From: Eledone cirrhosa | Taxonomy: Eukaryota | DNA length: 64,000 bases | Assembly: GCA_964016885.1 (NCBI GenBank) | Contig: OZ024743.1 | Location: 63,984,001-64,048,000, forward strand | Direction: 5' to 3' | Shown: positions 23,525-38,500 of the stretch, piece after piece | Layout of the letters: each line of letters begins with the position of its first letter | Position numbering within the stretch: position 1 is the stretch's first letter | Notes under the pieces: model-generated | Database searches by the model: none | Seen by the model: only the letters and a program-made list of their open reading frames with translations | Told to the model about the DNA's origin: nothing | Position numbers and translations under genes: made by a program

Positions 23525-26500
23525 TTCAGAAAGTACAGTAGCCAGAGTCAGAGCTGGATGGAAGAAGTTCAGAGAGCTTATACCACTGTTGTCCGCTAAA
23601 GGGTTCTCTATACCACTGTTGTCCGCTAAAGGGTTCTCTATACCACTGTTGTCCGCTAAAGGGTTCTCTATACCACTATTGTCCGCTAAAGGGTTCTCTA
23701 TACCACTATTGGCCGCTAAAGGGTTCTCTATACCACTGTTGTCCGCTAAAGGGTTCTCTATACCACTGTTGTCCGCTAAAGGGTTCTCTATACCACTGTT
23801 GTCCGCTAAAGGGTTCTCTATACCACTATTGTCCGCTAAAGGGTTCTCTATACCACTATTGGCCGCTAAAGGGTTCTCTATACCACTGTTGTCCGCTAAA
23901 GGGTTCTCTATACCACTGTTGTCCGCTAAAGGGTTCTCTATACCACTATTGTCCGCTAAAGGGTTCTCTATACCACTATTGGCCGCTAAAGGGTTCTCTA
24001 TACCACTGTTGTCCGCTAAAGGGTTCTCTATACCACTGTTGTCCGCTAAAGGGTTCTCTATACCACTGTTGTCCGCTAAAGGGTTCTCTATACCACTATT
24101 GTCCGCTAAAGGGTTCTCTATACCACTGTTGTCCGCTAAAGGGTTCTCTATACCACTGTTGTCCGCTAAAGGGTTCTCTATACCACTATTGGCCGCTAAA
24201 GGGTTCTCTATACCACTGTTGTCCGCTAAAGGGTTCTCTATACCACTGTTGTCCGCTAAAGGGTTCTCTATACCACTGTTGTCCGCTAAAGGGTTCTCTA
24301 TACCACTGTTGTCCGCTAAAGGGTTCTCTATACCACTATTGTCCGCTAAAGGGTTCTCTATACCACTATTGGCCGCTAAAGGGTTCTCTATACCACTGTT
24401 GTCCGCTAAAGGGTTCTCTATACCACTGTTGTCCGCTAAAGGGTTCTCTATACCACTGTTGTCCGCTAAAGGGTTCTCTATACCACTATTGTCCGCTAAA
24501 GGGTTCTCTATACCACTGTTGTCCGCTAAAGGGTTCTCTATACCACTGTTGTCCGCTAAAGGGTTCTCTATACCACTATTGGCCGCTAAAGGGTTCTCTA
24601 TACCACTGTTGTCCGCTAAAGGGTTCTCTATACCACTGTTGTCCGCTAAAGGGTTCTCTATACCACTGTTGTCCGCTAAAGGGTTCTCTATACCACTATT
24701 GGCCGCTAAAGGGTTCTCTATACCACTATTGGCCGCTAAAGGGTTCTCTATACCACTGTTGTCCGCTAAAGGGTTCTCTATACCACTGTTGTCCGCTAAA
24801 GGGTTCTCTATACCACTGTTGTCCGCTAAAGGGTTCTCTATACCACTGTTGGCCGCTAAAGGGTTCTCTATACCACTATTGTCCGCTAAAGGGTTCTCTA
24901 TAACACTGTTGTCCGCTAAAGGGTTCTCTATACCACTGTTGTCCGCTAAAGGGTTCTCTATACCACTATTGTCCGCTAAAGGGTTCTCTATACCACTGTT
25001 GGCCGCTAAAGGGTTCTCTATACCACTATTGTCCGCTAAAGGGTTCTCTATACCACTGTTGTCCGCTAAAGGGTTCTCTATACCACTGTTGGCCGCTAAA
25101 GGGTTCTCTATACCACTATTGTCCGCTAAAGGGTTCTCTATACCACTGTTGTCCGCTAAAGGGTTCTCTATACCACTGTTGTCCGCTAAAGGGTTCTCTA
25201 TACCACTGTTGTCCGCTAAAGGGTTCTCTATACCACTATTGGCCGCTAAAGGGTTCTCTATACCACTATTGGCCGCTAAAGGGTTCTCTATACCACTGTT
25301 GTCCGCTAAAGGGTTCTCTATACCACTGTTGTCCGCTAAAGGGTTCTCTATACCACTGTTGTCCGCTAAAGGGTTCTCTATACCACTGTTGGCCGCTAAA
25401 GGGTTCTCTATACCACTATTGTCCGCTAAAGGGTTCTCTATACCACTGTTGTCCGCTAAAGGGTTCTCTATACGACTGTTGTCCGCTAAAGGGTTCTCTA
25501 TACCACTATTGTCCGCTAAAGGGTTCTCTATACCACTGTTGGCCGCTAAAGGGTTCTCTATACCACTATTGTCCGCTAAAGGGTTCTCTATACCACTGTT
25601 GTCCGCTAGAGGGTTCTCTATACCACTGTTGGCCGCTAAAGGGTTCTCTATACCACTATTGGCCGCTAAAGGGTTCTCTATACCACTTTTGTCCGCTAAA
25701 GGGTTCTCTATACCACTGTTGGCCGCTAAAGGGTTCTCTATACCACTGTTGTCCGCTAAAGGGTTCTCTATACCACTATTGTCCGCTAAAGGGTTCTCTA
25801 TACCACTGTTGGCCGCTAAAGGGTTCTCTATACCACTATTGTCCGCTAAAGGGTTCTCTATACCACTATTGTCCGCTAAAGGGTTCTCTATACCACTGTT
25901 GTCCGCTAAAGGGTTCTCTATACCACTGTTGGCCGCTAAAGGGTTCTCTATACCACTATTGTCCGCTAAAGGGTTCTCTATACCACTGTTGTCCGCTAAA
26001 GGGTTCTCTATACCACTGTTGTCCGCTAAAGGGTTCTCTATACCACTATTGGCCGCTAAAGGGTTCTCTATACCACTTTTGTCCGCTAAAGGGTTCTCTA
26101 TACCACTGTTGGCCGCTAAAGGGTTCTCTATACCACTGTTGTCCGCTAAAGGGTTCTCTATACCACTATTGTCCGCTAAAGGGTTCTCTATACCACTGTT
26201 GGCCGCTAAAGGGTTCTCTATACCACTATTGTCCGCTAAAGCGTTCTCTATACCACTGTTGTCCGCTAAAGGGTTCTCTATACCACTGTTGTCCGCTAAA
26301 GGGTTCTCTATACCACTGTTGTCCGCTAAAGGGTTCTCTATACCACTATTGGCCGCCAAAGGGTTCTCTATACCACTGTTGTACGCTAAAGGGTTCTCTA
26401 TACCACTGTTGTCCGCTAAAGGGTTCTCTATACCACTATTGGCCGCTAAAGGGTTCTCTATACCACTGTTGTCCGCTAAAGGGTTCTCTATACCACTATT

Positions 26501-29500
26501 GGCCGCTAAAGGGTTCTCTATACCACTGTTGTCCGCTAAAGGGTTCTCTATACCACTATTGGCCGCTAAAGGGTTCTCTATACCACTATTGGCCGCCAAA
26601 GGGTTCTCTATACCACTGTTGTACGCTAAAGGGTTCTCTATACCACTGTTGTCCGCTAAAGGGTTCTCTATACCACTGTTGTCCGCTAAAGGGTTCTCTA
26701 TACCACTATTGTCCGCTAAAGGGTTCTCTATACCACTGTTGTCCGCTAAAGGGTTCTCTATACCACTGTTGTCCGCTAAAGGGTTCTCTATACCACTATT
26801 GGCCGCTAAAGGGTTCTCTATACCACTGTTGTCCGCTAAAGGGTTCTCTATACCACTATTGTCCGCTAAAGGGTTCTCTATACCACTGTTGTCCGCTAAA
26901 GGGTTCTCTATACCACTGTTGTCCGCTAAAGGGTTCTCTATACCACTGTTGTCCGCTAAAGGGTTCTCTATACCACTATTGGCCGCCAAAGGGTTCTCTA
27001 TACCACTGTTGTACGCTAAAGGGTTCTCTATACCACTGTTGTCCGCTAAAGGGTTCTCTATACCACTGTTGTCCGCTAAAGGGTTCTCTATACCACTATT
27101 GTCCGCTAAAGGGTTCTCTATACCACTGTTGTCCGCTAAAGGGTTCTCTATACCACTGTTGTCCGCTAAAGGGTTCTCTATACCACTATTGGCCGCTAAA
27201 GGGTTCTCTATACCACTGTTGTCCGCTAAAGGGTTCTCTATACCACTGTTGTCCGCTAAAGGGTTCTCTATACCACTGTTGTCCGCTAAAGGGTTCTCTA
27301 TACCACTATTGGCCGCTAAAGGGTTCTTATACCACTATTGGCCGCTAAAGGGTTCTCTATACCACTGTTGTCCGCTAAAGGGTTCTCTATACCACTGTTG
27401 TCCGCTAAAGGGTTCTCTATACCACTGTTGTCCGCTAAAGGGTTCTCTATACCACTGTTGGCCGCTAAAGGGTTCTCTATACCACTATTGTCCGCTAAAG
27501 GGTTCTCTATAACACTGTTGTCCGCTAAAGGGTTCTCTATACCACTGTTGTCCGCTAAAGGGTTCTCTATACCACTATTGTCCGCTAAAGGGTTCTCTAT
27601 ACCACTGTTGGCCGCTAAAGGGTTCTCTATACGACTATTGTCCGCTAAAGGGTTCTCTATACCACTGTTGTCCGCTAAAGGGTTCTCTATACCACTGTTG
27701 GCCGCTAAAGGGTTCTCTATACCACTATTGTCCGCTAAAGGGTTCTCTATACCACTGTTGTCCGCTAAAGGGTTCTCTATACCACTGTTGTCCGCTAAAG
27801 GGTTCTCTATACCACTGTTGTCCGCTAAAGGGTTCTCTATACCACTATTGGCCGCTAAAGGGTTCTCTATACCACTATTGGCCGCTAAAGGGTTCTCTAT
27901 ACCACTGTTGTCCGCTAAAGGGTTCTCTATACCACTGTTGTCCGCTAAAGGGTTCTCTATACCACTGTTGTCCGCTAAAGGGTTCTCTATACCACTGTTG
28001 GCCGCTAAAGGGTTCTCTATACCACTATTGTCCGCTAAAGGGTTCTCTATACCACTGTTGTCCGCTAAAGGGTTCTCTATACGACTGTTGTCCGCTAAAG
28101 GGTTCTCTATACCACTATTGTCCGCTAAAGGGTTCTCTATACCACTGTTGGCCGCTAAAGGGTTCTCTATACCACTATTGTCCGCTAAAGGGTTCTCTAT
28201 ACCACTGTTGTCCGCTAGAGGGTTCTCTATACCACTGTTGGCCGCTAAAGGGTTCTCTATACCACTATTGGCCGCTAAAGGGTTCTCTATACCACTTTTG
28301 TCCGCTAAAGGGTTCTCTATACCACTGTTGGCCGCTAAAGGGTTCTCTATACCACTGTTGTCCGCTAAAGGGTTCTCTATACCACTATTGTCCGCTAAAG
28401 GGTTCTCTATACCACTGTTGGCCGCTAAAGGGTTCTCTATACCACTATTGTCCGCTAAAGGGTTCTCTATACCACTATTGTCCGCTAAAGGGTTCTCTAT
28501 ACCACTGTTGTCCGCTAAAGGGTTCTCTATACCACTGTTGGCCGCTAAAGGGTTCTCTATACCACTATTGTCCGCTAAAGGGTTCTCTATACCACTGTTG
28601 TCCGCTAAAGGGTTCTCTATACCACTGTTGTCCGCTAAAGGGTTCTCTATACCACTATTGGCCGCTAAAGGGTTCTCTATACCACTTTTGTCCGCTAAAG
28701 GGTTCTCTATACCACTGTTGGCCGCTAAAGGGTTCTCTATACCACTGTTGTCCGCTAAAGGGTTCTCTATACCACTATTGTCCGCTAAAGGGTTCTCTAT
28801 ACCACTGTTGGCCGCTAAAGGGTTCTCTATACCACTATTGTCCGCTAAAGCGTTCTCTATACCACTGTTGTCCGCTAAAGGGTTCTCTATAACACTGTTG
28901 TCCGCTAAAGGGTTCTCTATACCACTGTTGTCCGCTAAAGGGTTCTCTATACCACTGTTGTCCGCTAAAGGGTTCTCTATACCACTATTGGCCGCCAAAG
29001 GGTTCTCTATACCACTGTTGTACGCTAAAGGGTTCTCTATACCACTGTTGTCCGCTAAAGGGTTCTCTATACCACTATTGGCCGCTAAAGGGTTCTCTAT
29101 ACCACTGTTGTCCGCTAAAGGGTTCTCTATACCACTATTGGCCGCTAAAGGGTTCTCTATACCACTGTTGTCCGCTAAAGGGTTCTCTATACCACTATTG
29201 GCCGCTAAAGGGTTCTCTATACCACTATTGGCCGCTAAAGGGTTCTCTATACCACTGTTGTCCGCTAAAGAGTTCTCTATACCACTGTTGTCCGCTAAAG
29301 GGTTCTCTATACCACTGTTGTCCGCTAAAGGGTTCTCTATACCACTGTTGGCCGCTAAAGGGTTCTCTATACCACTATTGTCCGCTAAAGGGTTCTCTAT
29401 ACCACTGTTGTCCGCTAAAGGGTTCTCTATACCACTGTTGTCCGCTAAAGGGTTCTCTATACCACTATTGTCCGCTAAAGGGTTCTCTATACCACTGTTG

Positions 29501-32500
29501 GCCGCTAAAGGGTTCTCTATACCACTATTGTCCGCTAAAGGGTTCTCTATACCACTGTTGTCCGCTAAAGGGTTCTCTATACCACTGTTGGCCGCTAAAG
29601 GGTTCTCTATACCACTATTGTCCGCTAAAGGGTTCTCTATACCACTGTTGTCCGCTAAAGGGTTCTCTATACCACTGTTGTCCGCTAAAGGGTTCTCTAT
29701 ACCACTGTTGTCCGCTAAAGGGTTCTCTATACCACTATTGGCCGCTAAAGGGTTCTCTATACCACTATTGGCCGCTAAAGGGTTCTCTATACCACTGTTG
29801 TCCGCTAAAGGGTTCTCTATACCACTGTTGTCCGCTAAAGGGTTCTCTATACCACTGTTGTCCGTTAAAGGGTTCTCTATACCACTGTTGGCCGCTAAAG
29901 GGTTCTCTATACCACTATTGTCCGCTAAAGGGTTCTCTATACCACTGTTGTCCGCTAAAGGGTTCTCTATACGACTGTTGTCCGCTAAAGGGTTCTCTAT
30001 ACCACTATTGTCCGCTAAAGGGTTCTCTATACCACTGTTGGCCGCTAAAGGGTTCTCTATACCACTATTGTCCGCTAAAGGGTTCTCTATACCACTGTTG
30101 TCCGCTAAAGGGTTCTCTATACGACTGTTGGCCGCTAAAGGGTTCTCTATACCACTATTGTCCGCTAAAGGGTTCTCTATACGACTATTGTCCGCTAAAG
30201 GGTTCTCTATACCACTGTTGTCCGCTAAATGGTTCTCTATACCACTGTTGGCCGCTAAAGGGTTCTCTATACCACTATTGGCCGCTAAAGGGTTCTCTAT
30301 ACCACTGTTGTCCGCTAAAGGGTTCTCTATACAACTGTTGGCCGCTAAAGGGTTCTCTATACCACTGTTGGCCGCTAAAGGGTTCTCTATACCACTGTTG
30401 TCCGCTAAAGGGTTCTCTATACAACTATTTGCCGCTAAAGGGTTCTCTATACCACTGTTGGCCGCTAAAGGGTTCTCTATACCACTGTTGTCCGCTAAAG
30501 GGTTCTCTATACCACTGTTGTCCGCTAAAGGGTTCTCTATACAACTATTGGCCGCTAAAGGGTTCTCTATACCACTATTGGCCGCTAAAGGATTCTCTAT
30601 ACCACTGTTGTCCGCTAAAGGGTTCTCTATACCACTGTTGTCCGCTAAAGGGTTCTCTATACCACTATTGGCCGCTAAAGGGTTCTCTATACCACTGTTG
30701 TCCGCTAAAGGGTTCTCTATACCACTGTTGTCCGCTAAAGGGTTCTCTATACCACTGTTGGCCGCTAAAGGGTTCTCTATACCACTGTTGTCCGCTAAAG
30801 GGTTCTCTATACCACTATTGTCCGCTAAAGGGTTCTCTATACCACTGTTGGCCGCTAAAGGGTTCTCTATACCACTATTGTCCGCTAAAGGGTTCTCTAT
30901 ACCACTATTGTCCACTAAAGGGTTCTCTATTCCACTGTTGTCCGCTAAAGGGTTCTCTATACCACTGTTGGCTGCTAAAGGGTTCTCTATACCACTATTG
31001 TCCGCTAAAGGGTTCTCTATACCACTGTTGTCCGCTAAAGGGTTCTCTATACCACTGTTGTCCGCTAAAGGGTTCTCTATACCACTATTGGCCGCTAAAG
31101 GGTTCTCTATACCACTGTTGTCCGCTAAAGGGTTCTCTATACCACTGTTGTCCGCTAAAGGGTTCTCTATACCACTGTTGTCCGCTAAAGGGTTCTCTAT
31201 ACCACTATTGGCCGCTAAAGGGTTCTCTATACCACTATTGGCCGCTAAAGGGTTCTCTATACCACTGTTGTCCGCTAAAGGGTTCTCTATACCACTGTTG
31301 TCCGCTAAAGCGTTCTCTATACCACTGTTGTCCGCTAAAGGGTTCTCTATACCACTGTTGTCCGCTAAAGGGTTCTCTATACCACTGTTGTCCGCTAAAG
31401 GGTTCTCTATACCACTGTTGTCCGCTAAAGGGTTCTCTATACCACTATTGGCCGCCAAAGGGTTCTCTATACCACTGTTGTACGCTAAAGGGTTCTCTAT
31501 ACCACTGTTGTCCGCTAAAGGGTTCTCTATACCACTATTGGCCGCTAAAGGGTTCTCTATACCACTGTTGTCCGCTAAAGGGTTCTCTATACCACTATTG
31601 GCCGCTAAAGGGTTCTCTATACCACTGTTGTCCGCTAAAGGGTTCTCTATACCACTATTGGCCGCTAAAGGGTTCTCTATACCACTGTTGTCCGCTAAAG
31701 GGTTCTCTATACCACTATTGGCCGCTAAAGGGTTCACTATACAACTGTTGTCCGCTAAAGGTTTCTCTATACCACTGTTGGCCGCTAAAGGGTTCTCTAT
31801 ACCACTGTTGTCCGCTAAAGGGTTCTCTATACCACTGTTGTCCGCTAAAGGGTTCTCTATACCACTGTTGTCCGCTAAAGGGTTCTCTATAACACTGTTG
31901 GCCGCTAAAGGGTTCTCTATACCACTATTGGCCGCTAAAGGGTTCTCTATACCACTGTTGTCCGCTAAAGGGTTCTCTATACAACTGTTGGCCGCTAAAG
32001 GGTTCTCTATACCACTGTTGGCCGCTAAAGGGTTCTCTATACCACTGTTGTCCGCTAAAGGGTTCTCTATACAACTATTTGCCGCTAAAGGGTTCTCTAT
32101 ACCACTGTTGGCCGCTAAAGGGTTCTCTATACCACTGTTGTCCGCTAAAGGGTTCTCTATACCACTGTTGTCCGCTAAAGGGTTCTCTATACCACAGTTG
32201 TCCGCTAAAGGGTTCTCTATACAACTATTGGCCGCTAAAGGGTTCTCTATACCACTATTGGCCGCTAAAGGATTCTCTATACCACTGTTGTCCGCTAAAG
32301 GGTTCTCTATACCACTGTTGTCCGCTAAAGGGTTCTCTATACCACTGTTGGCCGCTAAAGGGTTCTCTATACCACTATTGGCCGCTAAAGGGTTCTCTAT
32401 ACCACTGTTGTCCGCTAAAGGGTTCTCTATACCACTGTTGTCCGTTAAAGGGTTCTCTATACCACTGTTGGCCGCTAAAGGGTTCTCTATACCACTATTG

Positions 32501-35500
32501 TCCGCTAAAGGGTTCTCTATACCACTGTTGTCCGCTAAAGGGTTCTCTATACGACTGTTGTCCGCTAAAGGGTTCTCTATACCACTATTGTCCGCTAAAG
32601 GGTTCTCTATACCACTGTTGGCCGCTAAAGGGTTCTCTATACCACTATTGTCCGCTAAAGGGTTCTCTATACCACTGTTGTCCGCTAAAGGGTTCTCTAT
32701 ACGACTGTTGGCCGCTAAAGGGTTCTCTATACCACTATTGTCCGCTAAAGGGTTCTCTATACGACTATTGTCCGCTAAAGGGTTCTCTATACCACTGTTG
32801 TCCGCTAAATGGTTCTCTATACCACTGTTGGCCGCTAAAGGGTTCTCTATACCACTATTGGCCGCTAAAGGGTTCTCTATACCACTGTTGTCCGCTAAAG
32901 GGTTCTCTATACAACTGTTGGCCGCTAAAGGGTTCTCTATACCACTGTTGGCCGCTAAAGGGTTCTCTATACCACTGTTGTCCGCTAAAGGGTTCTCTAT
33001 ACAACTATTTGCCGCTAAAGGGTTCTCTATACCACTGTTGGCCGCTAAAGGGTTCTCTATACCACTGTTGTCCGCTAAAGGGTTCTCTATACCACTGTTG
33101 TCCGCTAAAGGGTTCTCTATACAACTATTGGCCGCTAAAGGGTTCTCTATACCACTATTGGCCGCTAAAGGATTCTCTATACCACTGTTGTCCGCTAAAG
33201 GGTTCTCTATACCACTGTTGTCCGCTAAAGGGTTCTCTATACCACTATTGGCCGCTAAAGGGTTCTCTATACCACTGTTGTCCGCTAAAGGGTTCTCTAT
33301 ACCACTGTTGTCCGCTAAAGGGTTCTCTATACCACTGTTGGCCGCTAAAGGGTTCTCTATACCACTGTTGTCCGCTAAAGGGTTCTCTATACCACTATTG
33401 TCCGCTAAAGGGTTCTCTATACCACTGTTGGCCGCTAAAGGGTTCTCTATACCACTATTGTCCGCTAAAGGGTTCTCTATACCACTATTGTCCACTAAAG
33501 GGTTCTCTATACCACTGTTGTCCGCTAAAGGGTTCTCTATACCACTGTTGGCTGCTAAAGGGTTCTCTATACCACTATTGTCCGCTAAAGGGTTCTCTAT
33601 ACCACTGTTGTCCGCTAAAGGGTTCTCTATACCACTGTTGTCCGCTAAAGGGTTCTCTATACCACTATTGGCCGCTAAAGGGTTCTCTATACCACTGTTG
33701 TCCGCTAAAGGGTTCTCTATACCACTGTTGTCCGCTAAAGGGTTCTCTATACCACTGTTGTCCGCTAAAGGGTTCTCTATACCACTATTGGCCGCTAAAG
33801 GGTTCTCTATACCACTATTGGCCGCTAAAGGGTTCTCTATACCACTGTTGTCCGCTAAAGGGTTCTCTATACCACTGTTGTCCGCTAAAGCGTTCTCTAT
33901 ACCACTGTTGTCCGCTAAAGGGTTCTCTATACCACTGTTGTCCGCTAAAGGGTTCTCTATACCACTGTTGTCCGCTAAAGGGTTCTCTATACCACTGTTG
34001 TCCGCTAAAGGGTTCTCTATACCACTATTGGCCGCCAAAGGGTTCTCTATACCACTGTTGTACGCTAAAGGGTTCTCTATACCACTGTTGTCCGCTAAAG
34101 GGTTCTCTATACCACTATTGGCCGCTAAAGGGTTCTCTATACCACTGTTGTCCGCTAAAGGGTTCTCTATACCACTATTGGCCGCTAAAGGGTTCTCTAT
34201 ACCACTGTTGTCCGCTAAAGGGTTCTCTATACCACTATTGGCCGCTAAAGGGTTCTCTATACCACTGTTGTCCGCTAAAGGGTTCTCTATACCACTATTG
34301 GCCGCTAAAGGGTTCACTATACAACTGTTGTCCGCTAAAGGTTTCTCTATACCACTGTTGGCCGCTAAAGGGTTCTCTATACCACTGTTGTCCGCTAAAG
34401 GGTTCTCTATACCACTGTTGTCCGCTAAAGGGTTCTCTATACCACTGTTGTCCGCTAAAGGGTTCTCTATAACACTGTTGGCCGCTAAAGGGTTCTCTAT
34501 ACCACTATTGGCCGCTAAAGGGTTCTCTATACCACTGTTGTCCGCTAAAGGGTTCTCTATACAACTGTTGGCCGCTAAAGGGTTCTCTATACCACTGTTG
34601 GCCGCTAAAGGGTTCTCTATACCACTGTTGTCCGCTAAAGGGTTCTCTATACAACTATTTGCCGCTAAAGGGTTCTCTATACCACTGTTGGCCGCTAAAG
34701 GGTTCTCTATACCACTGTTGTCCGCTAAAGGGTTCTCTATACCACTGTTGTCCGCTAAAGGGTTCTCTATACCACAGTTGTCCGCTAAAGGGTTCTCTAT
34801 ACAACTATTGGCCGCTAAAGGGTTCTCTATACCACTATTGGCCGCTAAAGGATTCTCTATACCACTGTTGTCCGCTAAAGGGTTCTCTATACCACTGTTG
34901 TCCGCTAAAGGGTTCTCTATACCACTGTTGGCCGCTAAAGGGTTCTCTATACCACTATTGGCCGCTAAAGGGTTCTCTATACCACTGTTGTCCGCTAAAG
35001 GGTTCTCTATACCACTGTTGTCCGCTAAAGGGTTCTCTATACCACTGTTGTCCGCTAAAGGGTTCTCTATACCACTATTGGCCGCTAAAGGGTTCTCTAT
35101 ACCACTATTGGCCGCTAAAGGGTTCTCTATACCACTGTTGTCCGCTAAAGGGTTCTCTATACCACTGTTGGCCGCTAAAGGGTTCTCTATACCACTATTG
35201 GCCGCTAAAGGGTTCTCTATACCACTGTTGTCCGCTAAAGGGTTCTCTATAACACTGTTGTCCGCTAAAGGGTTCTCTATACAACTGTTGTCCGCTAAAG
35301 GGTTCTCTATACCAGTATTGCCGCTAAAGGGTTCTCTATACCACTGTTGGCCGCTAAAGGGTTCTCTATACCACTGTTGTCCGCTAAAAGGTTCTCTATA
35401 CCACTATTGGCCGCTAAAAGGTTCTCTATACCACTGTTGTCCGCTAAAGGGTTCTCTATACCACTGCTGTCCGCTAAAGGGTTCTCTATACCACTGTTGG

Positions 35501-38500
35501 CCGCTAAAGGGTTCTCTATACCACTGTTGGACGTTAAAGGGTTCTCTATACCACTATTGGCCGCTAAAGGGTTCTCTATACCACTGTTGGCCGCTAAAGG
35601 GTTCTCTATACCACTGTTGTCCGCTAAAGGTTCTCTATACCACTATTGGCCGCTAAAGGGTTCTCTATACCACTGTTGTCCGCTAAAAGGTTCTCTATAC
35701 AACAATTGGCCGTTAAAGGGTTCTCTATACCACTATTGGCCGCTAAAGGGTTCTCTATACCACTATTGGCCGCTAAAGGGTTCTCTATACCACTGTTGTG
35801 CGCTAAAAGGTTCTCTATACCACTATTGGCCGCTAAAGGGTTCTCTATACCTCTATTGGCCGCTAAAGGGTTCTCTATACCACTGTTGTCCGCTAAAGGG
35901 TTCTCTATACCACTGTTGTCCGCTAAAGGGTTCTCTATACCACTGTTGTCCGCTAAAGGGTTCTCTATACCACTATTGGCCGCTAAAGGGTTCTCTATAC
36001 CACTGTTGTCCGCGAAAGGGTTCTCTATAACACTGTTGGCCGCTAAAGGGTTCTCTATACCACTGATGTCCGCTAAAGGGTTCTCTATACCACTGTTGGC
36101 CGCTAAAGGGTTCTCTATACCACTATTCTCTGCTAAAGGGTGCTCTAAACCACTGTTGTCCGCTAAAGGGATCTCTATACAACTGTTGTCCGCTAAAGGG
36201 TTCTCTATACCACTGTTGGCCGCTAAAGTGTTCTCTATACCACTGTTGTCCGCTAAAAGGTTCTCTATACCACTGTTGTCCGCTAAAGGGTTCTCTATAC
36301 CACTGTTGGCCGCTAAACGGTTCTCTATACCACTGTTGTCCGCTAAAGGGTTCTCTATACCACTGTTGGCCGCTAAAGGGTTCTCTATGCCACTGTTGGC
36401 CGCTAAAGGGTTCTCTATACCACTGTTGGCCGCTAAAGGGTTCTCTATACCACAGTTGGCCGCTAAAGGGTTCTCTATACCACTGTTGTCCGCTAAAAGG
36501 TTCTCTATACCACTATTGGCCGCTAAAGGGTTCTCTATACAACTGTTGGCCGCTAAAGGGTTCTCTATACCACTGTTGTCCGCTAAAGGGTTCTCTATAC
36601 CACTGTTGGCCGCTAAAGGGTTCTATATACCATTATTGGCCTCTAAAAAGTTCTCTATACCACTGTTGGCCGCTGAAGTGTTCTCTATACCACTGTTGGC
36701 CGCTAAAGAGTTCTCTATACCACTGTTGACCGCTAAAGGGTTCTCTATACCACTGTTGTCCGCTAAAAGGTTCTCTATACCACTGTTGTCCGCTCAAAGG
36801 TTCTCTATAACACTATTGGCCGCTAAAGGGTTCTCTATACCACTGTTGTCCGCTAAAGGGTTCTCTAAACCACTGTTGGCCGCTAAAGGGTTCTCTATAA
36901 CACTATTGGCAGCTAAAGGGTTCTCTATACCACTGTTGGCCGCTAAAGGGTTCTCTATACCACTGTTGGTCGCTAAAGGGTTCTCTATACCATTGTTGGC
37001 CGCTAAAGGGTTCTCAATACAACTGTTGTCCGCTAAAGGGTTCTCTATAACACTGTTGTCCGCTAAAGGGTTCTCTATACCACTGTTGGCCGCTAAAGGG
37101 TTCTCTATACCACTGTTGGCCGCTAAAGGGTTCTCTATACCACTGTTGGCCGCTAAAGGGTTCTCTATACCATTGTTGTCCGCTAAAAGGGTCTCTATAC
37201 CACTACAGGCCGCTAAAGGGTTCTCTATACCACTGTTGTCCGCTAAAGGGTACTCTATACAACTGTTGGCTTCTAAAGGGTTCTCTATACCACTATTGGC
37301 CGCTAAAGGGTTCTCTATACCACAATTGGCCGTTAAAGGGTTCTCTATACCACTATTGGCCGCTAAAGGGTTCTCTATACCACTATTGGCCGCTAAAGGG
37401 TTCTCTATACCACTGTTGTGCGCTAAAAGGTTCTCTATACCACTATTGGCCGCTAAAGGGTTCTCTATACCACTATTGGCCGCTAAAGGGTTCTCTATAC
37501 CACTGTTGTCCGCTAAAGGGTTCTCTATACCACTGTTGTCCGCTAAAGGGTTCTCTATACCATGTTGGCCGCTAAAGGGTTCTCTATACCACTGTTGGCC
37601 GCTAAAGGGTTCTCTATACCACTGTTGGCCGCTAAAGGGTTCTCTATACCATTGTTGTCCGCTAAAAGGGTCTCTATACCACTACTGGCCGCTAAAGGGT
37701 TCTCTATACCACTGTTGTGCGCTAAAAGGTTCTCTATACCACTATTGGCCGCTAAAGGGTTCTCTATACCACTATTGGCCGCTAAAGGGTTCTCTATACC
37801 ACTGTTGTCCGCTAAAGGGTTCTCTATACCACTGTTGTCCGCTAAAGGGTTCTCTATACCACTGTTGTCCGCTAAAGGGTTCTCTATACCACTATTGGCC
37901 GCTAAAGGGTTCTCTATACCACTGTTGTCCGCTAAAGGGTTCTCTATAACACTGTTGGCCGCTAAAGGGTTCTCTATACCACTGATGTCCGCTAAAGGGT
38001 TCTCTATACCACTGTTGGCCGCTAAAGGGTTCTCTATACCACTATTGGCCGCTAAAGGGTGCTCTAAACCACTGTTGTCCGCTAAAGGGTTCTCTATACC
38101 ACTGTTGTCCGCTAAAGGGTTCTCTATACCACTGTTGGCCGCTAAAGGGTTCTCTATAGCACTGTTGGCCGCTAAAGGGTTCTCTATACCACTATTGGCC
38201 GCTAAAGGGTTCTCTATACCACTGTTGTCCGCTAAAAGGTTCTCTATACCACTGTTGTCCGCTAAAGGGTTCTCTATACCACTGTTGTCCACTAAAGGGT
38301 TCTCTATACCACTGTTGTCCGCTAAAGGGTTCTCTATACCACTGTTGTCCGCTAAAGGATTCTCTATACCACTGTTGTCCGCTAAAGGGTTCTCTATACC
38401 ACTGTTGTCCGCTAAAGGGTTCTCTATACCACTGTTGTCCGCTAAAGGGTTCTCTATAATACTATTGGCCGCTAAAGGGTTCTCTATACCACTGTTGTCC

